Part shown: in pieces, positions 36,701 through 50,922 of the stretch
Numbering within the stretch: the first letter of the stretch is position 1
How the letters are laid out: every line of letters begins with the position of its first letter
NCBI RefSeq assembly: GCF_902652985.1
Contig: NC_047024.1
Span: 24,118,001 to 24,182,000 of the forward strand
Length of the DNA: 64,000 bases
Direction of reading: 5' to 3'
DNA from: Pecten maximus
Lineage: Eukaryota
Translations under genes and position numbers: made by a program
The notes under the pieces: generated by a model
Database searches by the model: none
The model's input: the letters and a program-made list of their open reading frames with translations, nothing else
Told to the model about the DNA's origin: nothing

Positions 36701-38719
36701 GAGATGGTTCCAATCCTTCCCCACTCCGTATTTGCAGAATGTACAACACATTCCAGCATACTTTTTATCTTTACACATAGCCTTTATATCTTTTTTGTAT
36801 ACGTTGTTATGAATATCAACACACTGAGAATATTTCATTGTATCCTTACATTCGACCGTCAGGTACATATACTTTATCTTCAGATCTAAATAAATAAAAT
36901 AAATAGAATAAAAGATACGGCTTCTGTAAAGCATTATGTATTTTCATATGCATATTATGATGGATATTTGTTTTATGGCTAATGGTGTTAATTAGTGATC
37001 ATTCATGCGAGGGCTAAATACGCATGTGAAAAGCGTTCAGAATTATCGCAAAATTAAGGGACTTAAATATTGTTTTCTTTTTCATATCGACATTATAGAA
37101 TTATGAAAAATACCTTAAAGTCTATCTTTTTTTAGTCAGTCATTATGAAATGTTGCTTTTTGTCGAAAAAGTGGAATTTGCAGAAAAAAATCGTTTTCGA
37201 TTATGAAATAATGTTGTGAGAGTGTTAAAACTGCTTGTCCTATTTTTAACAGTTTATCTATTAACTTTCCAATATAGAAAGTGTAACACCACCCATTTCA
37301 AAAGCGAACGATACACTGATAAGTCACAGGGACGATAGATATGATAGGAATAATCTATTCTAAGAATATAAATACAATGTACTTGCTGAGTATGTCATAA
37401 TAAAGTCTTGAACTCGCTAAACTCTGTTTCAGAAAAGCACATCTTTTAGATTATCTTTATTGGTTTAAAAACTTTACAGTCAGGTAATTCTTAACAAATT
37501 TCATCTTTAGGCATATTGACGATAACATATATGGGTGAATTACTACTTACTAATAAGATCATCCTTATTTCCGATGCCATTTTCACAAGCGAGCCGTTGG
37601 ACGCAAAATTGACAACAGTCGTCCATTCCGGAATAGCCGAAACACATGTCGTAAAGTTTTCCTTTGTATTTGTTATTAAGAAGTCCTTCACATTTCTTCT
37701 CCCCTATCCTGTTCCTGCATTCCTTCGGCTTTGGCATCAGGTCATAATCGTAGCCCTGTGTAGCTTTAATGTAAACAAATTAGTTGTGTATGATATTGAA
37801 AAGTACATGCAATCAGTTTTGTCAAACATCAAGGAAAAATCAATTCAATCACTCTTAACTGTTACCACTGATCCATTCGTCACAAAATCGGTAACCACTT
37901 AACAATCACCACTGGTGTTTTCACCATCAAACCGGAAACCCTCCAACAATCATCCCACACCCATTCACTGCCAAACCGTTAACCATCTCGCAGTAACCAA
38001 TGATCCATTCACCACCAAAATGGAGCCCACCAAACAGTCACCACTAATCCATTTACCACCAAATCGGTAATCGCCAAACAACCACCACAAATCAAACCAT
38101 TTCTACCATCAGTATTCAGTAATACCTCCACCTAAAGTTAAGTAAACATTATTCCGTTCACCAGTTAAATAAGTTACTACTAAATTGGTTACCACTAATC
38201 TTGTCCTAGCAAGCCGATTGGAAATACCACAATAATCAATTCATCGCGACTAATTATATAAGGAAGAGCAGTATCTTGGTAAACGAGAAACCCTATTTGG
38301 TTAATTAACAGATAATTGAATGTTCAGTTTGATTTCCGTCTATTTTCCATGATGGAAAGAATGGTTGTACCTTTCTGTCTGAATCTATCCTTAATGATGC
38401 AACGATGATATTAGATAGATGAAATCAATTTAAACCAGACTGTGACTAAAGTAATATACATTTTATTGCTCTCGACGGCAATAAAATATTGAAATAATAT
38501 AATGCCCATGATACTGTCAGAAGAAATAATACAATACAGGATTGAGAAAACCAGACTCAAACAGTTTACATTTTAACAAAAGCTCTAAATGGACAACTAC
38601 AATTAACTAATTAATATTAGAATATAACATTTATGTTTTAAAATATATGAAAAATAAAACTTACCTGTGATGAATCCAAATATAACAACGAGCACAAATA
38701 GCTGCACGGGGACGGCCAT
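33759..38719 (-). CDS. Secreted 603-aa protein with four six-Cys (PLAC-like) modules and a Gly/Asp/Lys/Tyr repeat region; complement(join(38665..38719,37551..37763,36685..36885,36145..36210,34489..35577,33759..33946))
   Basis: Signal peptide MAVPVQLFVLVVIFGFITATQG. All five introns are phase 1 GT-AG and the internal exons are multiples of 3 (213, 201, 66, 1089 nt). There are four C-x8/9-C-x15/18-C-x8-CC-x2-C modules, GKGDYGNKN x8, and LRRK and RKRR basic sites. Confidence 0.88.
34955..35190 (-). repeat. 27-bp coding tandem repeat (GKGDYGNKN) x about 8.7
   Basis: TTGCCATAATCGCCTTTGCCGTTTTTG tandem on the + strand. Confidence 0.95.
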
Positions 38720-41700
38720 TGTGCTGGTGTGTGTCCAAAGTGTATTTGGAAGCACGGCATATTGAATAACAGCTTCTTTAATCAATTAGTGAACACATTC
38801 TGCTTTAGGGTAACCGCGTAGTTGCAAAGAGAGCCCAGTAATGGTTTTATGATTTCACTGGACAGTCCCGCGTCAGTAGGCCAGAATACAATAGGTATGA
38901 TTTGATAACGATCTCATGAATCCCGCCAAAGTTAATGGAATTTTCATAACAACTGCCTGGTATAATTGTCATAATATCTGAAATTGGCTACCAGTGCATA
39001 ATTACTGAGCAATTTTTCGACAATGTAGAAATTCATATTCATACATGTTATTTTTTGGCTTTACTTCACATACAATTTATCACCCTTTTGTTATGTATGA
39101 AGATAATTCTAAGATATTTAGACCGAGTTGGAGGCATCTTTTAAATCATCCATTCCTGCAGATGTTTGTTTGTTTATACCTAATGGTGCTGTTTATATGT
39201 GTGTTTACCATGGACATTTTACACGAAATATTAACCAGGCTTTAAAATATCATTTTTCTCCGTATTATAATTGATGATCTATAGTTAATGGATAATTAGG
39301 AATCTGTTTTTTCTTTTCTTTTTAGACTTCTGTGATATTCTGCTTGTTTAGTTTTAAATAGGACCAACTAAACGACAAAACCATTCGGTTCTGTATATAC
39401 CCACTTTGTTTGACATTCTCCCCTTCTTGCCTGGTTTTTAGAGGTAGACATGGTTAATTAGGTAAATATTTCGGAACAGATTGAGTAGAGATAAAAATAT
39501 TTAACATTTCGACAATTTAGATTGATTTATATATATTTTCGTTCGTTTTTGTATCTGGTGGTCCATCCCTTCCCTGGTAGACTGACAGATAGTATTGTTG
39601 ATTGAGCAGAAAAGACAGGTATCCTTCTGAAACCCCTGGTCTTATTCATTTTTTTTCTCAAGAGTCTGTTTTGTTTTAATTAATGCTTTGCTCTATCTTA
39701 TTGATTTTAAGTTGGAAATACGGGTGCATTCGCAAGTCGAAATTCTCCCTTTTGTTCATCAAATGTTCTGAAATCAATATTCAAAAACTTTGCGTGTTCA
39801 TAAATTTAAGTGATAATTACACATACACTTCATCAAATCCTTTGCCCTTAATTCCATTAGAATTGTTGTTTTAAAAGATAACTTTTTTCTGGTTCGCACA
39901 TTGTATGGATATTTCAAAATATCTTACCTTTTAAGAAGACTTTATAAGGGCTTTTCCAAATATTGAAACACCATAATATATTTTCTGTCGTCAGTTTGGA
40001 CAAACGAAACTGGTGGAAATACTCTGAACAATATACACTTAGTCTGGGTACAGCGCATTCATAACGTAATAATTTTGAAAGTCTGCCTACAAGACAGAGG
40101 AAGAAAAAAATCGTTTGCATTAAATGAGGACTGATGCCTAATATTTGCGATGAGATTTGGGCTCATCGGATGAAAGATTTTATGAAAATGTTAAAAATGA
40201 AAAACTTGTGTGTAAGCATTTCATTCTATAAAAATATTATCACAGTGACTATTTCCTGTCCATTGCACACCTATTTTATGCACTGTTCGGCATATTTGAT
40301 GCAAACCTGTTTTGATGCCATCAGGGTCACGTAATCGATCTAGCTAGATCTTTATGAATCTAAACAAATGAAATATTGCATGTTGGCTTGAAGTAAATCG
40401 AGGCGCAATATCTCCATACGAACATGTTTTTTCTTTCTTTATTTTTTACACAAAAAAAAAAATGTTTCTTAAAATCCTTACTTGTCCAGAATATAAATTT
40501 TGTTAATGAAAATGGCCATTTATAACATTGGGCAATTCTACACGAACCGAGCATATATATTCTGATATTTTTTACAGGTTCCATTCACTACGTTAAAGAG
40601 GCCGACCGGATGATTTAATATCTCCATATGGTGAATCTGACATGATCAAAGACTTCTCCGTGCCATAAAATCGGCGATAGCGTTTCCCAGATGAGATGGC
40701 AATATATAAATATGGTGGTTGACATATATATGACACAAAAACGCTTAATAGAAGGAGGCATGCGGTGTTGCTTCAGTTATTTTACGGGTCACATAATTAT
40801 ACGGTATGGGCGTCACAATCTTTTACATGCAAACTGTTATAGCAAACCCCAAAATAGATTAGAGAATATAGTTTACAATATTATTTTGATGTATAATTTC
40901 TGAAGATATTGGATATCCGAGACCATTTTCTTGTGTTCCCCTAGATTGTTGTAGCTTTGATGTTACCAAAACATTTTTGGCATCCAGAAATAAGAATATG
41001 CAGATGTAGAAATATATTTGCTTTTATAAACAGGAGTGTATACATCACAATATGTGCTTTCCACATACATATTTTATGACATAAATATGATATCATATAA
41101 CTTTTATATCACTTGCAATATAATATTTTAATCATTGTCTCTGTTAAAGCGACAATGTTTCATTTTAATAAGAAGTTCCTTGTCGAGCAGTTTTGTGTAA
41201 CAGGAAGGAAGCACAAGTACGGGTTTTCGCCCTTAAATCGTTACTCCTTCCAGGGCTGCGTTGCTTGGTAAGGTACAGAGAGTAACAGCAAAGTTCAACG
41301 GCAGGTGCGTTATCTCTCTAATTTGCTTACCCTTGCCAAGGCTATAAGGGACATAATTGTGGATAGAAAACAGCAAGACAGTTCAGATGTTTCTTATCAA
41401 AAGAATAAACAAAAAAATGGTAACAACATTATGAACACGAATTTTATTGTAAACATGAATGCATATATCTAAGCTGAATTATTTCATGTTTTATCATCTA
41501 TTGAAGCGCCCTGATACTGTATGAAATTAATATGTATCTTTTGATTCAGTAACATACTGTCGGATTGCGAAATTCATTTAATTAAATACTTAGCTATATT
41601 CAACATTATCCCGTGAACATGTCAAAAAAACAACAACAAAAAACAATGAACAAACCCTCATGACTTGGTTGTGACGTCACATTAAAATGTAATGTCGTTT

Positions 41701-43211
41701 ACCAAAACATTGACAATTAATTTGTCAGTTCAGTTTGTCATTGGCTAATGAAACATAAACAGTATATCCCTTGTTTTGGTTATCACACCAGCAATGTTAC
41801 TCTCATTCTATTCCCACTATTATGTACATATCTATTTTTCGGTGCGTGTTCAAGTTATGTGTAATATGAACGAGAAAATAAATATTATTATCGTTAAATA
41901 ATTTATAACAACTGTATCATTCATAAATAAATTATGTTAAACAAAACAATATTGAAGATCAGACGAACAATACATGCGGTTACGGGAAATTGTTTTTCCA
42001 CTGCGGCCATATCAATAAGTGACACGCCGACACCACTAAAATCCTATAGTTAGGAGCCCTGGGGCGTAACAGGCTTGCCTGTTAGTGTTTACATGACAGT
42101 AGTGACTGATATTGTCGTCATCTACTGTGTCATTAATAAATAAATCAGAAATATATCTTGTGTATTGGAGGTGTTTGGTAGTGTGTCAAACACAACCACG
42201 TGTACACTCACCCTAACCACATACAAACGCCCTCATATCTGCACCCACGCCTGTCCACACACTTACAGTATTTTTTTGCTGTGTATAACACATATTTGAA
42301 GTATTTCGCTTTTCTTTTACTTTCCATGTTATCTAAAATCTTGACAATAAGCCGGTCTTGACAATAAACCATGGGCTATTTGCAGGCAAAAGAGTTTGAG
42401 ACTTCAAACAAAGTCGTTAAAATTTACCAAGTCACAAAACTTTGAAACTGATTAATTAAAGATCAAGCGAATCTTATATGATGAAATGACATTTGGCGAT
42501 TTTTTAAATTGAATAATTATGCCTTTGACTTTACGTTTATCCGCGGATGTTAATAGAGAAGACATGCTTTCGTGTTTGTTTTCAGCTTTGGATGTAGAGT
42601 AGTATAATGGGGGCAACTCTTTGTTGTCACAGTCTCGAAAGTCAGGAAACGAATACTAGACGTGGTTTATTTTCAAGATTTTCAGTTTTCAATGTTACCT
42701 ATAACATCAGAATGACGGTATGTAACTATTTATAACTAAACTAGTACTAACATTCTCAGTGCAGTGTGATATAAAATTATGCTGACATCTTACATTCATA
42801 CATTCCTTACATACCTTACATAAATCACAAACGTAAATAATGTGATTTTAACAGAAACCTAATAAGGATTTACAGTTATTAGGTAGAGTACCAGTACTTT
42901 GAAAATCAGTCATTATGGTAATTTATTATATACTTACAATGTAAGAGAATTTATTCTTATGAGTTCAAGTGTGAAACAATCAAATCATACCAACGAATTA
43001 TGTGTCTGCCTAGAGCAAATTATTATTTCTAAAGAAACAAAAGTAAAAAAAATAATCAAAACAAGCTTCAGTGCCAATAATTAGAACCAAATCAGCATTG
43101 CACTAGCTTTCGTAATTAGAAAGTTATTTTCTGAAATAATTCATAATTTTTCACTATTATTTAGTCCAGACAAATGCTGATAATCTGCATTTCCATTTGT
43201 TGCAATGGACT

Positions 43212-46200
43212 TCAATCACTTGAGAACCCCTTCATCCAGCGTCCCTCGAAATTATTCAGTTTTGCTCTTGTCTTTTTTCTGATGGCGGCTCCTTTAATTC
43301 GAGCAGACGACGCCTTTCTTGATTTTTTCGCAGTGATGCTTGACGATTTTGAAATGGTTTTTATTTTTCTTGGTAGGACCTTTTTTGTGGTTTTTGAAAC
43401 ACGACATTTTCTGGATCTCTTAATTGTGCATCGACGGCACCGTTTCCCACCTCTCAAAAGGACGATGGTGAGATAGCGACAAGATTTGGGTGTGGACACT
43501 GGACACTGAAGCTTCAGACAGGAAGTAACGCGGGTTGACGGGACGATCCTTGTTCGATGAATTTCTGACGGACGTTTGCCTTTGTGTAGGGAGATATTAC
43601 CTTTGGTGGAAGCCATCACCTTCGTGCTAACTTTATGAAGTCTGTTTTTCGATGCAACAGCGGCCCTTCCGGATGCTAGCCCTGTAATGATAGAATATTA
43701 GGTAAGAATAACTAGAAATTGAATTTATTTTTCTTCAATATTGTCCCCAATTAAAAAAAAGCTTTATAAGTGTATCTTCATTTTTTTTTGTCCATTACAA
43801 CAATCTTAAGCAGATAAATCAATCTTTCCTTATTGTATAGTGTAACAGTGTATTGATAGGCCAAACCAGTCTGTCCTATTTCTATTGTCTTCCTTTTCCT
43901 TTCCCTGTCAATTTAAGTTGGTTGGACATAATTCTATTGCAGGTCACGATAAACAAGACAAAACGATATTGTAATACACATACAATGTCAGATATCTGAA
44001 AGACACAGCGCCGACAAGAAACAAGGAAACACCGGCTTCTTGATCATTAAAGTAGACATTAACGGCGTCTAAACATGAAAGTGACTATGTACTACATGAC
44101 GTATCATCATGATAATCCTATTCAGCCAATCACAAAGTGTGTAACATTCCGTCTTCCAAGGACAATGTACAAATGAACAACTACAGGTAAATGGCCATTA
44201 CTGACAGTAAACAATGAGTAGTATGGAATCTGTGCAATATTATTATAAACACGTGGATAATACAAGAAGCAATAAGACATAATTGAAAATGATATAATCT
44301 AATCTATCTTGTAATACTAAGAACAATACCAAATGCATAATTATATAATGCATGGAAGTAATTTGCTTTGACTATAGTTATATATTATAGACATTTACTT
44401 ATCTTTCTTTGAAGCATTGTTAAAAGGTTGTTTATTTGTGTTTGGAAATGTAATGTTTTTCTTCGATGTTTAGACTGCGGATTTACTAAAGTTTGACTCA
44501 TTAAAAACTGTCTCATAGAATATTTGAAAAAGACAATATCTGTCAAATTATTCATTTTAGATGCATCTTTTTTTCGTGACATTATTCCATACTAAAAAAC
44601 AGACAAATGTAATACACTTGCAAACAACTTTGCCTTACAGATTTGTTTCTTATTGGTATTTATGATGTCATGAATACGTAATCAATATGAATAAACATAT
44701 GAACTGAAAATTATCATTTTTTCTACATTAATGCATAGAAACCAGTTTCAATTGATCGCGGTTGTATGTAAATGCTACACTGATGAGAGGGCTGTGCTGC
44801 ATATTTGCTTCGGTCAGCAATGCTGTCTAACGGGAGTATGATATGCAATATTGCCCTACCATAAATGTTATGTTTTCTTTATTGTCCCCGACTGTCATGT
44901 CTAGCACATCCCGCTTGTCAACAACGCCAAACCTTACTGTCGCCATACCACGTCCATGTATCGGTGTCATTAACAATCAGTGTTCAATAGACTCCCAAAC
45001 ATACTATATATAGAAAACATATCGCTAATAGCTGACAAACGCAATGAAGACCTTTGATTTTACCCTGACAGTTTACATTTATCTTAACTAATGAGATTCC
45101 CTGGTTTGATTTTTTGGCTTAATGCACGATAAATCGTGGTGACAACTGTCGATAAAGCTGCCAATTAAATGCGTCCTTCAACGAACTGAATTTCAATAAA
45201 CAAATCGTAGAATGGTAAACTAATAATTTCGTCGATGGCAGAAAAAAGATAACCTGTAATCATGGATATGCTTATACACTGTATTCCAATCAGTCGTGAT
45301 GTATCAACATTTTACATCATAACGTCACTCATCTCAATAATGCTGTTTATTTACACTTATTTGATTGGCACTTATTTCGTTTACTAGCCATGCGTTACTC
45401 TTTTCTACATGACTATTTGACGTCGTGACAATTACATTAGATTCTTCCCATAAAAGGACCATTATGGTTGTGTATATTACCAATAAATGTTCCTCATTTT
45501 TTTGCATTTATTGTCATCTATCAATATTGTCATATTTTTGAAAAGATCGACCTGTGGGAAAGTGGGCGTCAATGATGCGAATCCTACACGATTCTCACCT
45601 CGAAAATAAGTCTAAAAACAATATTGCACGTTTTTTTTATGTGTCAGGAGGTGTGTCATTTCAAGAAAGTAAAATCTAAGTTAGTTTACGATTTCATTTT
45701 TTAAATTAGACCCCAGTTTCATTAATCTTCCTTAAATTAAGAAAAATCAATCCAAAATTCCATTTTTGTTAAAAAAATAATCTACAATTTTCCATAAGAA
45801 AAAATTATTTGTGTTAAGGAAAGCATCCTTATCAAGAAACTTTCCATAAATTATGTAATGTTCTCTCTTGGAATTATTACCCTTGACTAACATTCCCGAT
45901 ATATAAGTTAACCATCACGTTAAAATTCCTTGACACGTTTTCTGTGATTATCTTTCCTACTTTTGCGCTATAAGAGAGAGCCAAATTAATTAATCGATTA
46001 TCAATTATGTTTTGTGCTTGTTTGATGTGTTATTTCACATGCCGCTTAATTATAAATATAAGAAATGCTAGGTAACACAACGAACAAAATTGCATTGATT
46101 TAAAATGATAAGCGTCTCTTTATTAAATGGTTACAGGCTGGTGATGTTGTCAGTTCCTTAATAGAATTGTCTTTTAGATGCGTCATCTTTCTTCTGCTTT

Positions 46201-46599
46201 GAAATAAATTTCAAACTGAATATCACTGATAAAAAACCGATAAATGCATTATGCCCAATAGCTACAGAGGAATAAAACAAGAACACACAATCTTGAGGTA
46301 GGGTAGTTTCTCGGCAACAGCACGCGTTTCCTTAGCCACATGTGGCTCCAGATGTTTTGTCTGTCATAAAACTAAAATTTCTTCACTTAGAAAATATAAC
46401 AGACAATGTAATCTCATGGGATGAAATATGTCGTCCAAAAGGACCGAGTGATATTATATTAATGATAAATTACGATGATATATACATGATTATATAAAAC
46501 CTTACCTTGACAACATGGCTGGTACAGCGCTAACACAATGAAAACTACCATCAGCAGTCGAAAACAACCAGGCATCAATCGGAGATTATCCATCCTCAT
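43212..46599 (-). CDS. Secreted, highly basic six-cysteine protein, 187 aa; complement(join(46506..46599,43212..43681))
   Basis: Exon 1 encodes MRMDNLRLMPGCFRLLMVVFIVLALYQPCCQ and ends G|gtaag. Acceptor ttacag| at 43681 continues in phase into the K/R/S-rich ORF that ends at 43212. Cys spacing is C-x4-C-x7-C-x13-C-x2-C-x7-C. Confidence 0.72.
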
Positions 46600-49500
46600 T
46601 ATTTCTATCAGTCTTTTCACTTAATTCCACACAAATATAAACAATTTCAAATCCTTAATCTTGAATTTGCCATAAAAGTTAAAATAAAATGTTATTGTCA
46701 ATTGTCTTAAAGGTTTACACTGTTGATTGCAAAAGTATTGAAACTGTATTACACCTGCCCGCTTCCGTCATTCAGCGTAAACAGAGCTTCCTTGTTGGCG
46801 GTGTATCAAAGCAATGTTCATCCTTCGACAGTCACCACTGGTGTAGAGCCTTCCCTATGCACAGCTAGAGTATTAGTAGTGGTTGTAGTGCAGCTTGGCG
46901 ATCCGCGACAACGGTAGTGCATTAATCGTCCAAAATTATTACAGTGTAATGACTCGGCGGCAATAAAATACCGTTTTAATGTGCTAACCATTTTCCGTAA
47001 AAGACAACGAGGATATGTGTTTTTCTTGTGTAGACTTCCGGTAATGTTTATTGATAGCTTGATGGATAGATTTGGTTACATACACAGCTACACAGACATC
47101 GTGTTCGTCATGCGGATCCGATTGTTAGTGATACGCAATCGTCACAGTTCTTATCTTGAGTAATTGTCATGAGCCCACCTGTTTCAGATAATGAAAATAT
47201 AGATTTAAGTGTCTTTATTCTTCCATTGTTTAACATTTCGTAAACAACCGCTAGGAAATCTTTATGAAACAAGTATGGCAGGCTACCACTTTGATTGAAA
47301 TGGATCATAACGCAAAATATTTAAAGTAAGTTCAAATGTATTTGAAGTTGGGAAACCATTTTTCAACCTAACGACACAACATTAATAATTCAGCTTTTAT
47401 TCAAAATGTAAGTATTCTATGTCAATTCAATTCGAAAACAGGTGCACGGACGGATAAAGAGTAACACTTCCAACCCAGGGCATAGAATTGGGAGAGGTTT
47501 CGAAACAGTTTTTGCATGCTCGTATAAAAAAAGGGTAGAGCAGACTTTGCTTTCGTCCAGACAGTAATATTATTTAAAAAAAAATGTTTTTTTTCAATTG
47601 AACAAATATTTCCTCTTTAGATGTACCAGCATCATATTAAAAAGGACATATTGATTCATTTAAAGGTGCTAATCAATGGTGCGTATTCGTTGCAATCCTT
47701 AAATATTTGATACTTTGATTTATCGAAAAACAAGAGTTATACCTTTTTGGTTATATTTCAGGTAACTATTGAAAGGAAGAAGACGAGACAAACTGCAGCA
47801 CTGTCATCTTAACAGGCAAATAGTGAAAATAACATACAGATAAGAGAAGAGATTGAATGTAAGTTAGATTTTTGTTTCCCGGCTTCAAAAGGACAGCTCT
47901 CGAAAAACTACAAGAGGAAAATATTCAGTAAAGTAACTTATGCTATTCTTCTGTTATTTAGTGATTTCATTAAAATCATAAAAAATATGATACTTAATAT
48001 CTGTCAAAGCAAACTTATTCGTTGACTCGTACTACAAATGCTTCCAAAAGTTTAAAAAAAAAAAGGACCCGTAGCGTTATCAGACAATAATAATTGCTGT
48101 AATGAATGCATTTTAGCGGTAGTCTTATTAATTCCAGACTTTTTATTTTGTATTTTACTATACGTATAGCAAGGGCTCCAATTATTTTGTATTTTACTAT
48201 AAGTATTCATCGTTGTGCTAATCAGTTTAAATTTAGTTATACGCTTAAATGTGAATCCGCCAAAATAATTAAGTTTACAGTATATGCTTTCCAGAAATCA
48301 ATGCCTGTGAATTTGAAGATTACATACAAATTATGCACCGTATTATGTCTAGCTGTACGCGTGTTGACTAATAAAATAACCCCCCAAAAAACAAAGAAAA
48401 ATATGAAAGAAATGAATGAGCCGAAAGCCCACTTTATACGTTCAATTTCAAATTGAAAGTGTGAACCTGACACCCTGATGAAGTCATTACGAATCTTAAA
48501 AATCTTTCGTCACGTGTAGTATATCAAGTAAATAGTTAGAAAATGAATCCCTACAATCCATTCAAATTTCACGTTCTACCCCGTATATTGATTGTAATAT
48601 TCAACAACTGTTGTGTGAATTAGTGATATGCAATTTTTGATCTAGCTGTATGCACAATTTGATCCTTGTAGTTTCTTCTACATTTTTTTTATAAGTGCAT
48701 ATTCGTCGTTATAAGTCTCAAAGCACAAACATTTACCTTCTACCCCCCCCCCCCCCCCCCCCCCACACCCCCTGTCCAGTTTTAATGGTTAGCATAATTG
48801 TTGCTAAGTGGTGTAAACTATTCTTTAACATCAATTTCTGATGTATTGGAATCTGTGCCTAATTCTCAAATTCTAGCAAATAGTCTAGTTGTTTACCCTA
48901 AATTTTACTGCAGTATACCGACTATCTAAGGATGATCTGGTTTGAATCAAACACTTGATATATTGATATATATATATATACATTTGTATATACCAAATAC
49001 GGATGATGTAGTACAACGTTATACTTACCTACAAGCCTTGACGTAGACGTTAAAAGCAACACGAGGTTGCTCGTTTATCGCGACGAGACCAAAATATATT
49101 CCTGACAATTAATGTTAAACAATCACTGCATTTAAGACGAATCATCCACTTATATAACTTTAAGAAATATCAAGTTTTCAATATGCATTTTGATTTGATT
49201 TTAAGAATTCTCTATGGAGTCTTCCTGACCCAGATATTGCCATTCACAAACGCATTTGATAAGGTGCGGAAATTCGAAATCATTTCATTATAATATAATG
49301 AACACCCTAGTATATATCAGTATTGGCGTCCTTCGCTGTCTGTAAAACGTCATACTTATGCTCGGGTCAGATGACTTCAGATGAAGTCTGTGATCAGTGC
49401 AAATATGAGTACTACGTCATTGTTCACACTATCTATGACAAAGTAAATTGTTATTACCTCTATGTTCTTCTTTAGTTATAGAAAACAAAAATCTTTATTA

Positions 49501-50836
49501 ATATCCTTATCAATCCAGATGTGCTTTTTTGATAACATATTGACAAAATATATCGCTCTTATGATATTGCCAATGAATATTCGTAAAATAAAACAAAACA
49601 ACTATTACAAAAAATATCTATTTATCAAAAAAAAAAAATGTTTATTACATACAAATAACATGTTTATAATTTTTACGTAAAATGCTCATGATAGTCTATC
49701 TTGATTCATATGAATAAATCGTATGCATGATAAAATCGGACCAATATATATGGCAAAGAAATAGTACTATTAAAACTAGAAGTACATATTACATATGCAT
49801 AATACGCACTTTAAATCAATATGTATAACATAATTGTATATAATTGTATTACGATTGATATGAATGCATCATAAAGATAAGACAACATTTTATTATGACA
49901 ATTTGTTCAGCGCCACCGCAATTTGATACTCTTAAGTGAACAAATGAGTATGCTCATCACTGATGTCAAACAATTATATTGTTAAACAGATACTTTAATT
50001 GCGATTGTTTGATACATACATATGTATGATCAATATACTTTCAGAATATTTAATTTTGATTGGCATTTTTGAAAATAAAAGCCGATAATAACACTCGTTA
50101 TCATGAGTATCACAATTTTCATGCTGCGAGCGAAATCACGAATATTTTCACATTTTTTAATCTGTATTTATATTGATACGAGATCTTCTCCCCAAAATCC
50201 CCCAAAATCGTTTAACTGAAATTTTAAAAGACAACTTGGTCATCATCTGCTCAACGCCCATCATACGAGAGTGAATGGTCTGGAAAATGTCATCCGGCTA
50301 AATTGCAAACATTTTGAAATCGATCTTTTATAGAAGTTTAGGGTGAGAGGTAGGATTTTTTTTAGACATTAATACGATCAAGTGATTCAAATTTGTGACG
50401 AATGAAATAACGGATTAAAATAATAAAAAATATATTGGACAGTATCTTTGAAATACGTTATATTTATCACAAAGAGAACATTGTCGTCTGGATAACCTCC
50501 CCTGAAAAGAATAGGAGCGCGTAATATATCACTTTTGTGGTAATTAATCTGACTTAAACTGCTCATGATACAACAGTAATGTAAAACAATATGCCGAAAT
50601 TATTGTTGTAACAATGCTCTTGTGTCGGGAAATGTCTTGTGCTAATCAATAACATACCAAATTGAACTTCTAGTGAGATGTATTTTTGTGCTACATGTAG
50701 TATTAAATCTTAATAAAAGTAATGCAAACTTTTATATGTATGATCAATTTCCAGCATATGTGAGCAATATATAATTATATTCCATTTATTCATGCTATTT
50801 CTGGTAATATTAATTCAGTATCGGTTACGAATATAT

Positions 50837-50922
50837 CATCTTCGCTAGCCAAGGCTTCTGATTACGTTACACTCCACGTTCGTGGAGTGTAACGTAATCA
50901 GAAGCCTTGGCTAGCGAAGATG
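50837..50922. mobile_element. 86-bp perfect-hairpin mini-insertion with 9-bp TSD
   Basis: 42-bp perfect arms around a TT loop; CGAATATAT duplicated at 50828-50836 and 50923-50931. Confidence 0.9.

Noticed and set aside
33759-37737. Calling the Cys modules ShK toxin domains
   Set aside because: ShK ends C-x3-C-x2-C, whereas these end CC-x2-C, which fits PLAC-like spacing better.
43212-43619. Protamine-like or histone H1-like sperm nuclear protein
   Set aside because: No winged-helix core, six cysteines, and an in-phase upstream exon encoding a signal peptide.
48470-48500. CTGATGA...GAA hammerhead ribozyme core
   Set aside because: GAAT instead of GAAA and no convincing stems I and III; other CTGATGA hits also lack the stems.
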